From assembly GCA_044376115.1 (NCBI GenBank), contig JBILLK010000004.1, forward strand, positions 192,001 to 256,000: 64,000 nt of DNA, read 5' to 3'. Shown piece by piece: positions 38,891 to 50,539 of the stretch (its first letter is position 1; every line of letters starts with the position of its first letter). The notes under the pieces are model-generated. The model made no database searches. It was not told where the DNA came from and saw only the letters and a program-made list of their open reading frames with translations. Source of the DNA: Polyangiaceae bacterium (GTDB lineage: Bacteria > Myxococcota_A > Polyangia > Polyangiales > Polyangiaceae). The translations under genes and the position numbers were made by a program.

Positions 38891-39055
38891 GCAGGAACTC
38901 CTTGGGCAGGCGGCACCACCCGGGCGCCGCGAGCCCCCTCATCACCACAGGCCGATATAAGTGGCCAAGTTTTTGCCGCACGTTTGCACCGGCCAGACTG
39001 AGCGGACAGCGCGGTTTCGCTGGTTTTGCGCCGACGGCAGCGCTAAGCGGGCGAC

Positions 39056-40627
39056 ATGATCAAGCGCGCACTTCTCTCGGTGTCGGACAAACGTGGGCTC
39101 TTAGATTTCGCGCGTGAGCTGGCGAAGCAGGGCGTCATCTTGCTGAGCACGGGTGGTACTCAGAAGGCGCTTCAGGCCGAGGGCATCCCGGTCACCGCGG
39201 TGGAGGACTACACGCAGTCCCCCGAGGTCATGGCCGGGCGCGTCAAGACCCTCCACCCTCGTATTCACGGTGGTCTCCTCCAGCGCGGCGCGATCGACGC
39301 TGACGATCTAGCTCGTCTTGGCGCGGCGCCGATCGATCTGGTGGTCGTGAATCTCTACCCGTTCGATCAAGTGCTGCAAAATCCGGCCAGTAAGCTCGAA
39401 GAGTTAATCGAGAACATCGACATCGGCGGACCCTCGATGTTGCGCAGCGCCGCGAAGAACCACGAGCGGGTCACGGTCGTTTGTGACCCAGCCGACTATC
39501 CGCTGGTATTGAGCGAGATGAGCGAGCTCGGGGGACAGACAAGCGCTACGACAAGGCGCAGGCTCGCAGCAAAAGTCTTCGCTAAAACAGCAGCTTACGA
39601 TGCAACCATTGCAGGTTACTTGAGCTCCATCGCGGTCGATTCAGCACTCGACTCAGCGCCGGAACGCGCCCCGTTCCCCGAGCACTTCATTCTCCCGTTT
39701 GAGCGTGTGTATTCGCTTCGTTACGGCGAAAACCCTCATCAACAAGCTGCCTTCTATCGGGACTCGCGCCCTTCGCCTGGGACGATTGCCGGTGCCAACC
39801 CGGTTACCCCCTCGGCCAAGGAGCTCAGCTTCAACAACCTCGTCGATTTGGACGCCGCCTTGGAGGCCGTGCGCGAGTTCGACCGCCCTGCGGCCGTAAT
39901 CGTCAAGCACACGAATCCCTGCGGTGTGGCTCGGGCCGAATCGCTTGAGGTCGCCTACCGAAGAGCGCGCGAAGCAGACGCCGTGAGCGCCTTTGGAGGC
40001 ATTGTCGCGCTCAACCGCGAGGTGGACGAAGCGACCGCACGCGCCCTCGTGGAAACGTTCCTCGAGTGCGTGGTGGCCCCCTCCTTCAGTGAAGCGGCCT
40101 GTGAGGTGCTTTCATCGAAGAAGAACCTCCGAGTGCTTGCCTGCGGCGACCTCTCCAAGGAAACCGCCGCCTTCACCACGAAACGCGTAAGCGGTGGCCT
40201 AGTAGCCCAGACAACCGACCGCACAGGTCCAGGCGAGGTAGCCAACGGTCGAGTGGTGACGAAACGCGCTCCAACAGCTGAAGAGCTAGCCGCGTTGGAT
40301 TTCAGCTGGCTGGTTTGCAAGCACGTGAAGTCGAACGCCATCGTCCTCGGACGTGAACACGAAACAGTCGGTGTTGGCGCTGGACAGATGAGTCGGGTGG
40401 AGTCTGTGCGGATCGCCTGTAGCAAAGCCGCTGACAAGGCGAGCGGTTCGGTGCTGGCGTCCGATGCGTTCTTCCCCTTCCCCGACGGAGTCGAGCTGGC
40501 CAGCCAAGCGGGAGTAACCGCAATCGCGCAGCCGGGCGGTAGCGTGAAAGACGTTGAGGTCATCGCCAAAGCGGACGAACTCGGTCTCGCAATGGTCTTC
40601 ACCGGCGCGCGCCATTTCCGCCACTGA
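39056..40627 (+). CDS. purH: Bifunctional AICAR formyltransferase/IMP cyclohydrolase
   Basis: RALLSVSDK, GRVKTLHP, IDIGGP, LRYGENPHQ, KHTNPCG, ASDAFFPF, RHFRH. Confidence 0.98.
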   Translation: MIKRALLSVSDKRGLLDFARELAKQGVILLSTGGTQKALQAEGIPVTAVEDYTQSPEVMAGRVKTLHPRIHGGLLQRGAIDADDLARLGAAPIDLVVVNLYPFDQVLQNPASKLEELIENIDIGGPSMLRSAAKNHERVTVVCDPADYPLVLSEMSELGGQTSATTRRRLAAKVFAKTAAYDATIAGYLSSIAVDSALDSAPERAPFPEHFILPFERVYSLRYGENPHQQAAFYRDSRPSPGTIAGANPVTPSAKELSFNNLVDLDAALEAVREFDRPAAVIVKHTNPCGVARAESLEVAYRRAREADAVSAFGGIVALNREVDEATARALVETFLECVVAPSFSEAACEVLSSKKNLRVLACGDLSKETAAFTTKRVSGGLVAQTTDRTGPGEVANGRVVTKRAPTAEELAALDFSWLVCKHVKSNAIVLGREHETVGVGAGQMSRVESVRIACSKAADKASGSVLASDAFFPFPDGVELASQAGVTAIAQPGGSVKDVEVIAKADELGLAMVFTGARHFRH

Positions 40628-40677
40628 GCCCCAGCGGAGCCGCCGCCGTACGCCCAACGAAGGCGCCACCGTAATGG

Positions 40678-40736
40678 GGCGCCTGATTCAGGCCTGGTTC
40701 AATCAGGCGCCTGGTTCAATCAGGCGCCTGGTTCAA

Positions 40737-40739
<3 letters not shown>
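40678..40739. repeat. 17-bp tandem repeat with an inverted copy, between convergent purH and lon
   Basis: GGCGCCTGGTTCAATCA at 40706-40722 and 40723-40739, a 15-nt variant at 40691-40705, and inverted GGCGCCTGATT at 40678-40688. Confidence 0.85.
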
Positions 40740-43214
<2,475 letters not shown>

Positions 43215-43290
43215 GTTGGAGCCCAGTCAGAAGATAGAGGCACAGCCAGCAAAGCTGGCTGTAGGCAGCAAAGCACGAGTCAGATCAACC

Positions 43291-44553
43291 TCAGGCCAAC
43301 TCGGCTTCCTTCTCTTTGCTGTACACGATGATCGGAGCCTCTTGACGGAGGATAACCTCCTCATTGACTACGACTTCCTTCACGCCGCTGCGCGAAGGGA
43401 TCTCGTACATGATGTCGAGCATCGCGTTCTCAAGGATCGCCCGCAGGCCGCGAGCTCCGCTGTGGCGTTCAAGAGCCTGCTTCGCCACCGCAACGAGCGC
43501 ACCGCGGGTGAACTTGAGCTTCACACCGTCCATCTCGAAGAGCTTCTGGTACTGCTTCACCAGGCTGTTCTTCGGCTTGGTGAGGATGTCGATCAGGGCG
43601 TCCTCGTTGAGTTCGTGGAGAGTAGCCACGATGGGCAACCGTCCGATGAACTCAGGGATGAGCCCGAACTTGAGCAGGTCCTCGGGCTGCACCTGCCCCA
43701 AGAGTTCACCCAGCTTCAACTCTTTCTTGCTGCGCACTTCAGAGCCAAAACCAATCGCGCTTTGGCCGATGCGCCGCTGGATGATTTGGTCGAGACCGAC
43801 GAAGGCGCCACCACAGATAAACAGAATGTTGACGGTGTCGACCTGCAAGAAATCTTGCTGGGGATGTTTACGCCCCCCCTTAGGAGGCACATTCGCGATG
43901 GTACCCTCGATGATCTTGAGCAGCGCTTGCTGAACACCCTCGCCAGAAACGTCTCGCGTTATTGACGGGTTGTCGCTCTTGCGACTGATCTTGTCGATCT
44001 CATCGATGTAAACGATACCGCGCTGCGCCCGCTCGACGTCATGGTCAGCGTTCTGAAGCAACTGAACGATGATGTTCTCAACATCCTCGCCCACATAGCC
44101 TGCTTCAGTGAGCGTGGTTGCGTCAGCAATCGCAAACGGTACGTTGATGATCTTTGCCAGGGTCTGAGCAAGCAGCGTTTTGCCGCTTCCAGTGGGTCCG
44201 AGCAAAATGATGTTCGATTTCTGCAGCTCGACTTCGCCGGCAGCCACCTTCGAATCGATTCGTTTGTAGTGGTTATGAACCGCTACCGACAGGATCTTCT
44301 TGGCTCGATCCTGACCGACGACATACTCGTCGAGGATGGCCTTAATCTCCGAGGGCTTGGGGATTGGAGTCGATCCGCTCTGCGGCTCCTCCTTTTCCAC
44401 CTCCTCAGCGATGATATCGTTGCACAGGCCAATACACTCGTCGCAGATGTAGACCGTGGGTCCAGCGATGAGCTTTTTGACCTCTTTCTGCGACTTTCCG
44501 CAGAAAGAGCAACTGAGGTTCCCGCTCCCGTGATCGTCCCGCCTTCTCTCCAC
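43291..44553 (-). CDS. clpX: ATP-dependent Clp protease ATPase subunit
   Basis: CSFC...CDEC zinc finger, [11 protein letters not shown] and IGF loops; GTG start chosen from the GAGG RBS. Confidence 0.97.
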   Translation of the reverse strand: MERRRDDHGSGNLSCSFCGKSQKEVKKLIAGPTVYICDECIGLCNDIIAEEVEKEEPQSGSTPIPKPSEIKAILDEYVVGQDRAKKILSVAVHNHYKRIDSKVAAGEVELQKSNIILLGPTGSGKTLLAQTLAKIINVPFAIADATTLTEAGYVGEDVENIIVQLLQNADHDVERAQRGIVYIDEIDKISRKSDNPSITRDVSGEGVQQALLKIIEGTIANVPPKGGRKHPQQDFLQVDTVNILFICGGAFVGLDQIIQRRIGQSAIGFGSEVRSKKELKLGELLGQVQPEDLLKFGLIPEFIGRLPIVATLHELNEDALIDILTKPKNSLVKQYQKLFEMDGVKLKFTRGALVAVAKQALERHSGARGLRAILENAMLDIMYEIPSRSGVKEVVVNEEVILRQEAPIIVYSKEKEAELA

Positions 44554-44685
44554 TTCCGCCTCGCAGAACATCACGCGCCCTAGGCGCGCTTAGTCGCACT
44601 AAATCGCTCTATAGCCCACGGATCAATTGGCCCGCAGTCTAGACCTGGTCGACCGGCTCGGCAACGTTGTGAGCCGAGCCGCTCT

Positions 44686-45414
44686 TCACTTCGCTGTCTT
44701 ATCCGTCTTTTTCTCGCCCGACTTCTCATCCCGAACTGTCTTCTCGCGGGGCGGAAACACCTCGTCGATCAGACCGTACTCCTTAGCCTCCACCGGGGTG
44801 AGGTAGAAGTCGCGATCGAGATCCTTACTGATCTGCGCCGGGTCTTTCTCCGTCGCCTTGGCCAGAATCCCAACCAAGAGTTCCTTTAGGCGCTTGATCT
44901 CTCGAGCTTGGATCTCGATGTCGGTCGCCTGGCCGCGCGCGCCTCCAAGCGGCTGGTGAACCATGATCCTCGAATTCGGAAGCGAATAGCGCCGCTTCTT
45001 TTGCCCTGCGGCGAGCAGAACCGCCCCCATTGAGGCTGCTTGCCCCAAACAGATGGTCGAGACGGGGCAATGAATGAACTGCATCGTGTCGAAAATTCCG
45101 ATGCCGCTGGTTACAACGCCGCCTGGGCTGTTGATGTAGAGCTGAACGTCCTTCTCGGGATCTTCGCTATCCAGGAACAGGAGCTGCGCAATGACTGCGT
45201 TGCACACGAAGTCATCGATCTCGGTTCCCAAGAAGACGATCCGGTCCTTCAGCAAACGACTGAAGATGTGCCACTCGCGCTCACCACGGTGGGTCGTTTC
45301 GGTAACGCTGGGAATGATGTAGTGGGCGCGTTCGGCAGCTGAGCGAACCTGAAGCTCGGCTTCATTCGCTTCTAAGAAGTGCATCGCCTGCGTCCGGTTT
45401 TCGATTCGCCGCAT
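44686..45414 (-). CDS. clpP: Clp protease proteolytic subunit
   Basis: [26 protein letters not shown]. Confidence 0.96.
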   Translation of the reverse strand: MRRIENRTQAMHFLEANEAELQVRSAAERAHYIIPSVTETTHRGEREWHIFSRLLKDRIVFLGTEIDDFVCNAVIAQLLFLDSEDPEKDVQLYINSPGGVVTSGIGIFDTMQFIHCPVSTICLGQAASMGAVLLAAGQKKRRYSLPNSRIMVHQPLGGARGQATDIEIQAREIKRLKELLVGILAKATEKDPAQISKDLDRDFYLTPVEAKEYGLIDEVFPPREKTVRDEKSGEKKTDKTAK

Positions 45415-45530
45415 TCGTCATCCCTCGGGAAGTCTCGATCAGTTGGAATCAGGCACGGTAGGCGCGCGCACAAGAAGCGCGAACGGCACCGCACAGGGGC
45501 GAACCTTAGCGCGCTTCGGTCCGACCTGCA

Positions 45531-45563
45531 CCAAGATGTCGTTCAGTACGAACGACATCTTGG
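45531..45563 (-). other. Perfect 14-bp hairpin just downstream of tig
   Basis: CCAAGATGTCGTTC-AGTAC-GAACGACATCTTGG; no U-tract. Confidence 0.7.
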
Positions 45564-45576
45564 ATGCCGTCAGTGA

Positions 45577-46848
45577 CTACTCTGTCTCAGTGGTGACGGC
45601 CGCGCCTTCGAGCAGATCCAGGATCTTGTCCTCGAGGATCATGGCGATCAGCATCTCGCGACGTTTCGGATCACGGTACTCCGCCTTCACCTTGGCGACG
45701 TTCTTGCCCGTCTGCTCGGCAAGCTCGACGTAGCCCTTTTCGATGTCATCGTTGGTGACCTTGATCTCCTTGATGCGCGCGATCTCCGCCATCAAGAGAC
45801 CGGCGCGAACCTTGACCTCGGCGTCCATACGGATGCGGGTGCGCATGTCTTGAGTCAGGTTGAAAGCTTGGCCCGACCGGCGCGTTGCCTGGGCGAGCTC
45901 TCGCTCGGTCATCTGACCCTGCTGATCGACCAGGCTCGGCGGAACCGGGATCGGGTTGGCCTTGCAAAGCTCCACCACGAGCTGCTCAGCGACCTGCTCG
46001 CTCTGGCGCTGCTTGGCGTTCTTCTCGAGCTTCTCGGTGACGTCCTTCTTTAGCGCGTCGAGGTTCTCAAACTCGCCACAATCCTTCGCGAGTTCGTCGT
46101 CGATCTTGGGCAGAATGCGCTCCTTGATCGACTTGACGACGAGCTTGAAAACGCCTGGCTTGCCGCGCAGGTCAGGGGCGGAGTGGTTGGTCGGGAAGGT
46201 GATCGTGACCTCCCGCTCCTCATCCACGTTTGCACCGGTGACGGCGGTCTCGATGTCTTTCATCGTCTCGCCAGAGCCGATCTCGGTCGTGATCGTCTGC
46301 TCGCCCGAGGGGTGAGGCTTGCCGTCAACGAGCAGCTTGAACGAAAGCTCGACGGTGTCTCCGTCCTTGGCGGCACGTTCGGGGTTGGGCGCCTCGAGAG
46401 TCGAGTGCTCGCGCGCGAGCCGGTTGAGCTCGGCCTCGATGGCACTTTCCGCGATGGAGATCTTCTGCTTCGAGACCGGGAGCCCCTCCCACTTCACCTC
46501 GGCAACCTCGGGACGAACCTCGAAGCGAGCCTTGTAAGAGAAAGCGGCGTCCGGGCTGAGCGCACTGGGCGCCACCGACGGCTTCGACAACGGCTGTACC
46601 GACTTCTCGGCGAGTGCCTTGTCCAACGTCTCATCCACGAGACGCTGCGCTACGTCAGCGTGGATGCGCGGACCATAAAGGTGCACGAGCACTTGGCGCG
46701 GCGCCTTTCCTGGCCTGTACCCGCGGACGCGGGCGGTTCGGGCTATCGCGGCAAAGGCCTTGTCGACCTCAACGCGAACCTTGTCGACTGGGATCTCCAC
46801 GGAGAACTCGACGACGACCGGAGAAAGCTTCTCGACGGATACTTGCAT
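45577..46848 (-). CDS. tig: Trigger factor
   Basis: MQVSVE, GYRPGKAP ribosome-binding motif, FKBP-like core; canonical tig-clpP-clpX-lon order. Confidence 0.95.
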   Translation of the reverse strand: MQVSVEKLSPVVVEFSVEIPVDKVRVEVDKAFAAIARTARVRGYRPGKAPRQVLVHLYGPRIHADVAQRLVDETLDKALAEKSVQPLSKPSVAPSALSPDAAFSYKARFEVRPEVAEVKWEGLPVSKQKISIAESAIEAELNRLAREHSTLEAPNPERAAKDGDTVELSFKLLVDGKPHPSGEQTITTEIGSGETMKDIETAVTGANVDEEREVTITFPTNHSAPDLRGKPGVFKLVVKSIKERILPKIDDELAKDCGEFENLDALKKDVTEKLEKNAKQRQSEQVAEQLVVELCKANPIPVPPSLVDQQGQMTERELAQATRRSGQAFNLTQDMRTRIRMDAEVKVRAGLLMAEIARIKEIKVTNDDIEKGYVELAEQTGKNVAKVKAEYRDPKRREMLIAMILEDKILDLLEGAAVTTETE

Positions 46849-46913
46849 GGGTAGGGCTCGCGGCCTTAGACCCGACACCCTTGGGGATCAAGCGCCATCC
46901 CCTTCCCCCCGCC

Positions 46914-46953
46914 AAAAAGCGTAGGGCGCCACGTTTGGCGCCCTACAGCTTTT
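46914..46953. terminator. Bidirectional-type terminator hairpin
   Basis: AAAAAGC-GTAGGGCGCCA-CGTT-TGGCGCCCTAC-AGCTTTT. Confidence 0.75.
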
Positions 46954-46978
46954 GTGCATAACCCGAGAGGGCTCGCCC

Positions 46979-47152
46979 CTAGTAGCGGTCGTTGCTCATT
47001 TCACTGAACGGATCCTCGGAGTCGAACTCCACCTCTGCGTCGAAGGCGTTGTCCTCGACCATGTCCTCGAGCGAAAGTCCGATTCGACGCTCGCTGCTCA
47101 GCACGTCTCGTTCAAATTCAGCGAAGTTCTTGAAAGACTTGGGAAGCGACAT
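46979..47152 (-). CDS. Small acidic protein (57 aa)
   Basis: GGAGG RBS; MSLPKSFKNFAEFERDVLSS...DPFSEMSNDRY; followed by a terminator. Confidence 0.75.
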   Translation of the reverse strand: MSLPKSFKNFAEFERDVLSSERRIGLSLEDMVEDNAFDAEVEFDSEDPFSEMSNDRY

Positions 47153-47543
47153 GAACCCTCCAGGGAAAGACGTGGCTTCGCGGCGCCGCCGCGAAAGCTG
47201 AAAAAAAGAAAGCAACCAAGGAAGACGCCGCTCACACGCGGCGAGAGAAGATCGACGTCACGCTGGCCAGGTCCTCGGTTCCGAGCCCAGGCTGAAGCCG
47301 TGGGTCGCGTTGCCAGAAGCCCTGCGCCACGATTCGGTCTGCCGCTTCCCACGAAGAATCGCGAAGAGCAGCGTTCAACCCGGCCCGCAGGGAGCGACGC
47401 GATTTCGCTTGACTCCGACTTAGACCTACATCGTGCGACATGTCGCTGAACGTAGTCGCGAGTAGTTGGTCGGCCAAGTTTCCACGTGCGTTTTTTGAAC
47501 GCCGCTCGACGACCCGCTGGAGGTCGTGTACCCGGGGCACGCC

Positions 47544-48503
47544 TTGGGAATCACATTGGCCGTTGCAAACCAGAAGGGCGGAGTGGGGAAAACCACTACC
47601 AGCGTCAATCTCGCGGCTAGCCTCGCCGCTGCCGAACGTCGGACGCTGCTCATCGACTGCGATCCGCAAGGAAACGCGACAAGCGGGAGCGGCGTCGATC
47701 GCCGCTCGATTGAACGCTCGATCTACGACGTGCTCTTGGGCCACGCGACCTTGGCGCAGGCCGCCGTTTCTACGGCGCTCAGCAACCTAAAGGTCGTAGC
47801 GGCCACGCAAGATCTAGTCGCCGCAGAACTCGAACTGATCGATCAGCCAGATCGAGCCGAGATCCTCCGCAAAGCGATCGCCGCGGTTCAGGCGCAATAC
47901 GACTTCATCGTGCTCGACTGTCCACCGTCTCTTGGGCTGTTGACGGTGAACGCGCTCACGGCTGCAGATCGAGTGGTTGTGCCGTTGCAATGCGAGTACT
48001 TCGCGCTCGAGGGGCTCACCCACCTGATGGCCACCATCGACCGCATTCGCGGCGCGCTCAACCCGACGCTGTCGGTCGAGGGGATCGTGCTTACCATGTT
48101 CGATGGCCGCAACTCGCTGACCCACCAGGTCGCTGACGAGGTGCGTGGCCACTTTCACGTCTTCGACACCGTCATTCCACGTAACGTCCGGCTTTCGGAG
48201 GCGCCCTCGCACGGCAAGCCTGCGCTACTCTATGACGCTCAGTCGCGTGGTTCGTTGGCCTATTTGAGCCTCGCGCGAGAGTTGGTCGAGCGCCTTGAAA
48301 AGGCAGGCCCGGCGCCAACGAATGTTGCACCGAGCGAGCCGCGGGCCGCCGAGCCCGCGACCCAACTTGAACCCGCGGCCGCTCCAGGCGAAAGCACGCC
48401 GGTGGACGAGACAACAACGCCGCGAGCAAGCAAACGGGTGACCGCGGAAGGGACTCGGCGACCAGTGAAAGCCGCCAAGGCGAAGGGACAGCCAAAGTCA
48501 TGA
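47544..48503 (+). CDS. parA: Chromosome partitioning ATPase ParA/Soj
   Basis: ANQKGGVGKTT, DPQGN, DCPPSLG, PRNVRLSEAPSHG; TTG start assumed (GTG 47526 is the alternative). Confidence 0.95.
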   Translation: MGITLAVANQKGGVGKTTTSVNLAASLAAAERRTLLIDCDPQGNATSGSGVDRRSIERSIYDVLLGHATLAQAAVSTALSNLKVVAATQDLVAAELELIDQPDRAEILRKAIAAVQAQYDFIVLDCPPSLGLLTVNALTAADRVVVPLQCEYFALEGLTHLMATIDRIRGALNPTLSVEGIVLTMFDGRNSLTHQVADEVRGHFHVFDTVIPRNVRLSEAPSHGKPALLYDAQSRGSLAYLSLARELVERLEKAGPAPTNVAPSEPRAAEPATQLEPAAAPGESTPVDETTTPRASKRVTAEGTRRPVKAAKAKGQPKS

Positions 48504-49411
48504 ACGCTCCGCCCGACAAAAAACGAGCTCTCGGTCGCGGCCTTGATGCGCTGTTGCCCGTAAATCCCCCGCAGACCTCACAGCTGGCTGGGAATGTCGC
48601 TGAGAAGAGCGTCTTCTCCTGCCCGGTCGAGCGAATCGTTCCGCAGCCTGGTCAACCTCGTCAGCACTTCGACGACGCAGAGCTGGCCGAACTAACCGCG
48701 TCCATCGAGGAGCACGGGGTGATCGAACCGCTGGTGGTTCGGCGCGTGCCCTCTGCGATGGGGGACGCACGCAAGGACACCTTCGAGCTGATCGCCGGAG
48801 AGCGGCGCTGGCGAGCTGCACAGAAGGCTGGCCTGCGCGAGGTCCTCGTGGTCGTCAAGGACGTGAGTCCGGTGGCGGCGTTTGAGCTCGCCTTGGTTGA
48901 AAACCTTGCGCGGGCGGATCTCAACCCGATCGAGATCGCTGAAGCCTATGACCGGCTGATCCGTGAGCACAACTTTACGCACGACTCGCTCGCCCAGCGA
49001 ATGAGTCGAGACCGTACGACGGTCGTCAACGCGCTACGCCTGTTGAAATTGCCCACCGCGGTGCGCTCTCTCGTCATTTCGCGAGAGCTCTCCGAGGGTC
49101 ACGCGAGGGCGCTCTTGGGAGCTCCAACACCCGCTGCGCTGGCCGACATTGCTGACAAGACGGTTCGCGGACGACTGCCAGTGCGCAAAGTGGAGGAGCT
49201 GGTTCGGCTCGCCAAACGAAAAACCGGAAGCGGCGAGAAGACGCCAAAGAAGGAGGAAAAAACTCCGGCTATTCGCGACCTCGAGGCGCGGCTTGCACGG
49301 CGTCTCGGTACCCGCGTCGAGGTTCGGGATGAGAGCGGGGCCGGCCAGCTCGTGATTCACTACGGCTCGCTGGACGAGCTGGACAGGCTGCTTGCCCAGC
49401 TCGGAGTTTGA
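48500..49411 (+). CDS. parB: Chromosome partitioning protein ParB/Spo0J
   Basis: ALGRGLDALL, QPR, GERRWRA, ENLARADLNPIE, HTH, GHARALL. Confidence 0.96.
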   Translation: MNAPPDKKRALGRGLDALLPVNPPQTSQLAGNVAEKSVFSCPVERIVPQPGQPRQHFDDAELAELTASIEEHGVIEPLVVRRVPSAMGDARKDTFELIAGERRWRAAQKAGLREVLVVVKDVSPVAAFELALVENLARADLNPIEIAEAYDRLIREHNFTHDSLAQRMSRDRTTVVNALRLLKLPTAVRSLVISRELSEGHARALLGAPTPAALADIADKTVRGRLPVRKVEELVRLAKRKTGSGEKTPKKEEKTPAIRDLEARLARRLGTRVEVRDESGAGQLVIHYGSLDELDRLLAQLGV

Positions 49412-49426
49412 GCCAGCGCGCAGTAG

Positions 49427-50419
49427 TTACTGGAGAGAGTCGAGTTCTTTCTTTGCCTTCTTGCCGATCGGGGTTTCCTTGCCAAGGTTGATGGCCTTGC
49501 GAAAGTGCACCTTTGCCGCCGGCTTGTTCTTCAGCGCGACCTGGCTCTGCCCCAGGTAGTAGTAGGCCGCCTGGAACTTCGGGTCGAGTTTGATCGCCGC
49601 CTCGAAATCGGCGGAGGCCTCTTTCTCGTTCTTCAAGGAGTGCTTGCATACGCCGCGGCGAACCAGAATCTCGGGATCCGCCTTCTTGAGCGCAACCACC
49701 CGGTCGAGCAGCCGGACACAGTCAGCGAACGCCTTCCCAGGCCCGAGCATTCGAGCGATCGTCGCCAAGCTCTGGGGGTCATCGTTGCGCGCAGCGGCGG
49801 CCTTGAGAAGGTGCGGCACCGCCTCCTCCGCCTTGCCGCTCTCGAACAGCAAGATCCCCAGCTGCAACCGCGTCTCAGCGCTCTCCTGCGACGCGAGCGC
49901 CTTGCTGTACGCCTTCGCCGCGTTCTCCGAGTCCTTCTTCAGGAAATGCGCATAACCGAGATTGGTGAGCAGAACCGGATCATTGGGAGCCTTGCGGAGA
50001 GCGTCATTGAGGAGCGGTAGAGCCTCGTCGGGGCGCGCCGGCTCAGACAGGTAGACCGCAGCGAGATTGGCGGCCGCGTCAACCATGCTTGGGTCCTGCT
50101 CCAACGCCTGCTTGTAGAAGGACTCCGCCTTCGACAAGTCCCCGCCGGTTTGCTCAACGACGACGCCACTGTAGAAGAGCCCCTCCGCGTTCTTGGGCTC
50201 GAGCTGAAGTGCGTTTTGCAGGTGAACTTCGGCCTCTTTGAACTTGCCGGACTTGATGAAGGCCACCCCGCGGTCGAGTTCTGGATTGCTTTTCTTCGCG
50301 GTGGGAGCCGGATCCGTCAGCGGGGGATCCGCCTTCAGCGGTTCGTCGACAGGCGGTTTCGTGGGGCAACCCGCTGCAAAGGCCAACAGGACGAACAGAG
50401 GCAAGCGGAGGCGGAGCAT
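49427..50419 (-). CDS. TPR-repeat lipoprotein
   Basis: Lipobox AAGC; multiple TPR units. Confidence 0.85.
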   Translation of the reverse strand: MLRLRLPLFVLLAFAAGCPTKPPVDEPLKADPPLTDPAPTAKKSNPELDRGVAFIKSGKFKEAEVHLQNALQLEPKNAEGLFYSGVVVEQTGGDLSKAESFYKQALEQDPSMVDAAANLAAVYLSEPARPDEALPLLNDALRKAPNDPVLLTNLGYAHFLKKDSENAAKAYSKALASQESAETRLQLGILLFESGKAEEAVPHLLKAAAARNDDPQSLATIARMLGPGKAFADCVRLLDRVVALKKADPEILVRRGVCKHSLKNEKEASADFEAAIKLDPKFQAAYYYLGQSQVALKNKPAAKVHFRKAINLGKETPIGKKAKKELDSLQ

Positions 50420-50539
50420 GGTTTTTCGGTAGCACCTTTTCCACCGAAGGTGGATGGAGTTGGTAGTTCGCGTCGCCGAAAGCGCCGTGGTTTTCGACAC
50501 GCCGAGACAGCCCACCTTGGGTCACGGTTGAAAGACGGC

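Noticed and set aside
37631..39001. Long antisense ORFs (456 aa here; also 29590-30729, 56570-57706, 58750-60009, 9650-10525)
   Set aside because: Shadow ORFs opposite well-supported genes, expected in high-GC DNA; no recognisable motifs.
47478..47493. parS-like sequence GTTTCCACGTGCGTTT upstream of parA
   Set aside because: Only the TTCCACGTG core matches the TGTTCCACGTGGAACA consensus and the right arm is not palindromic; at best a degenerate half-site.
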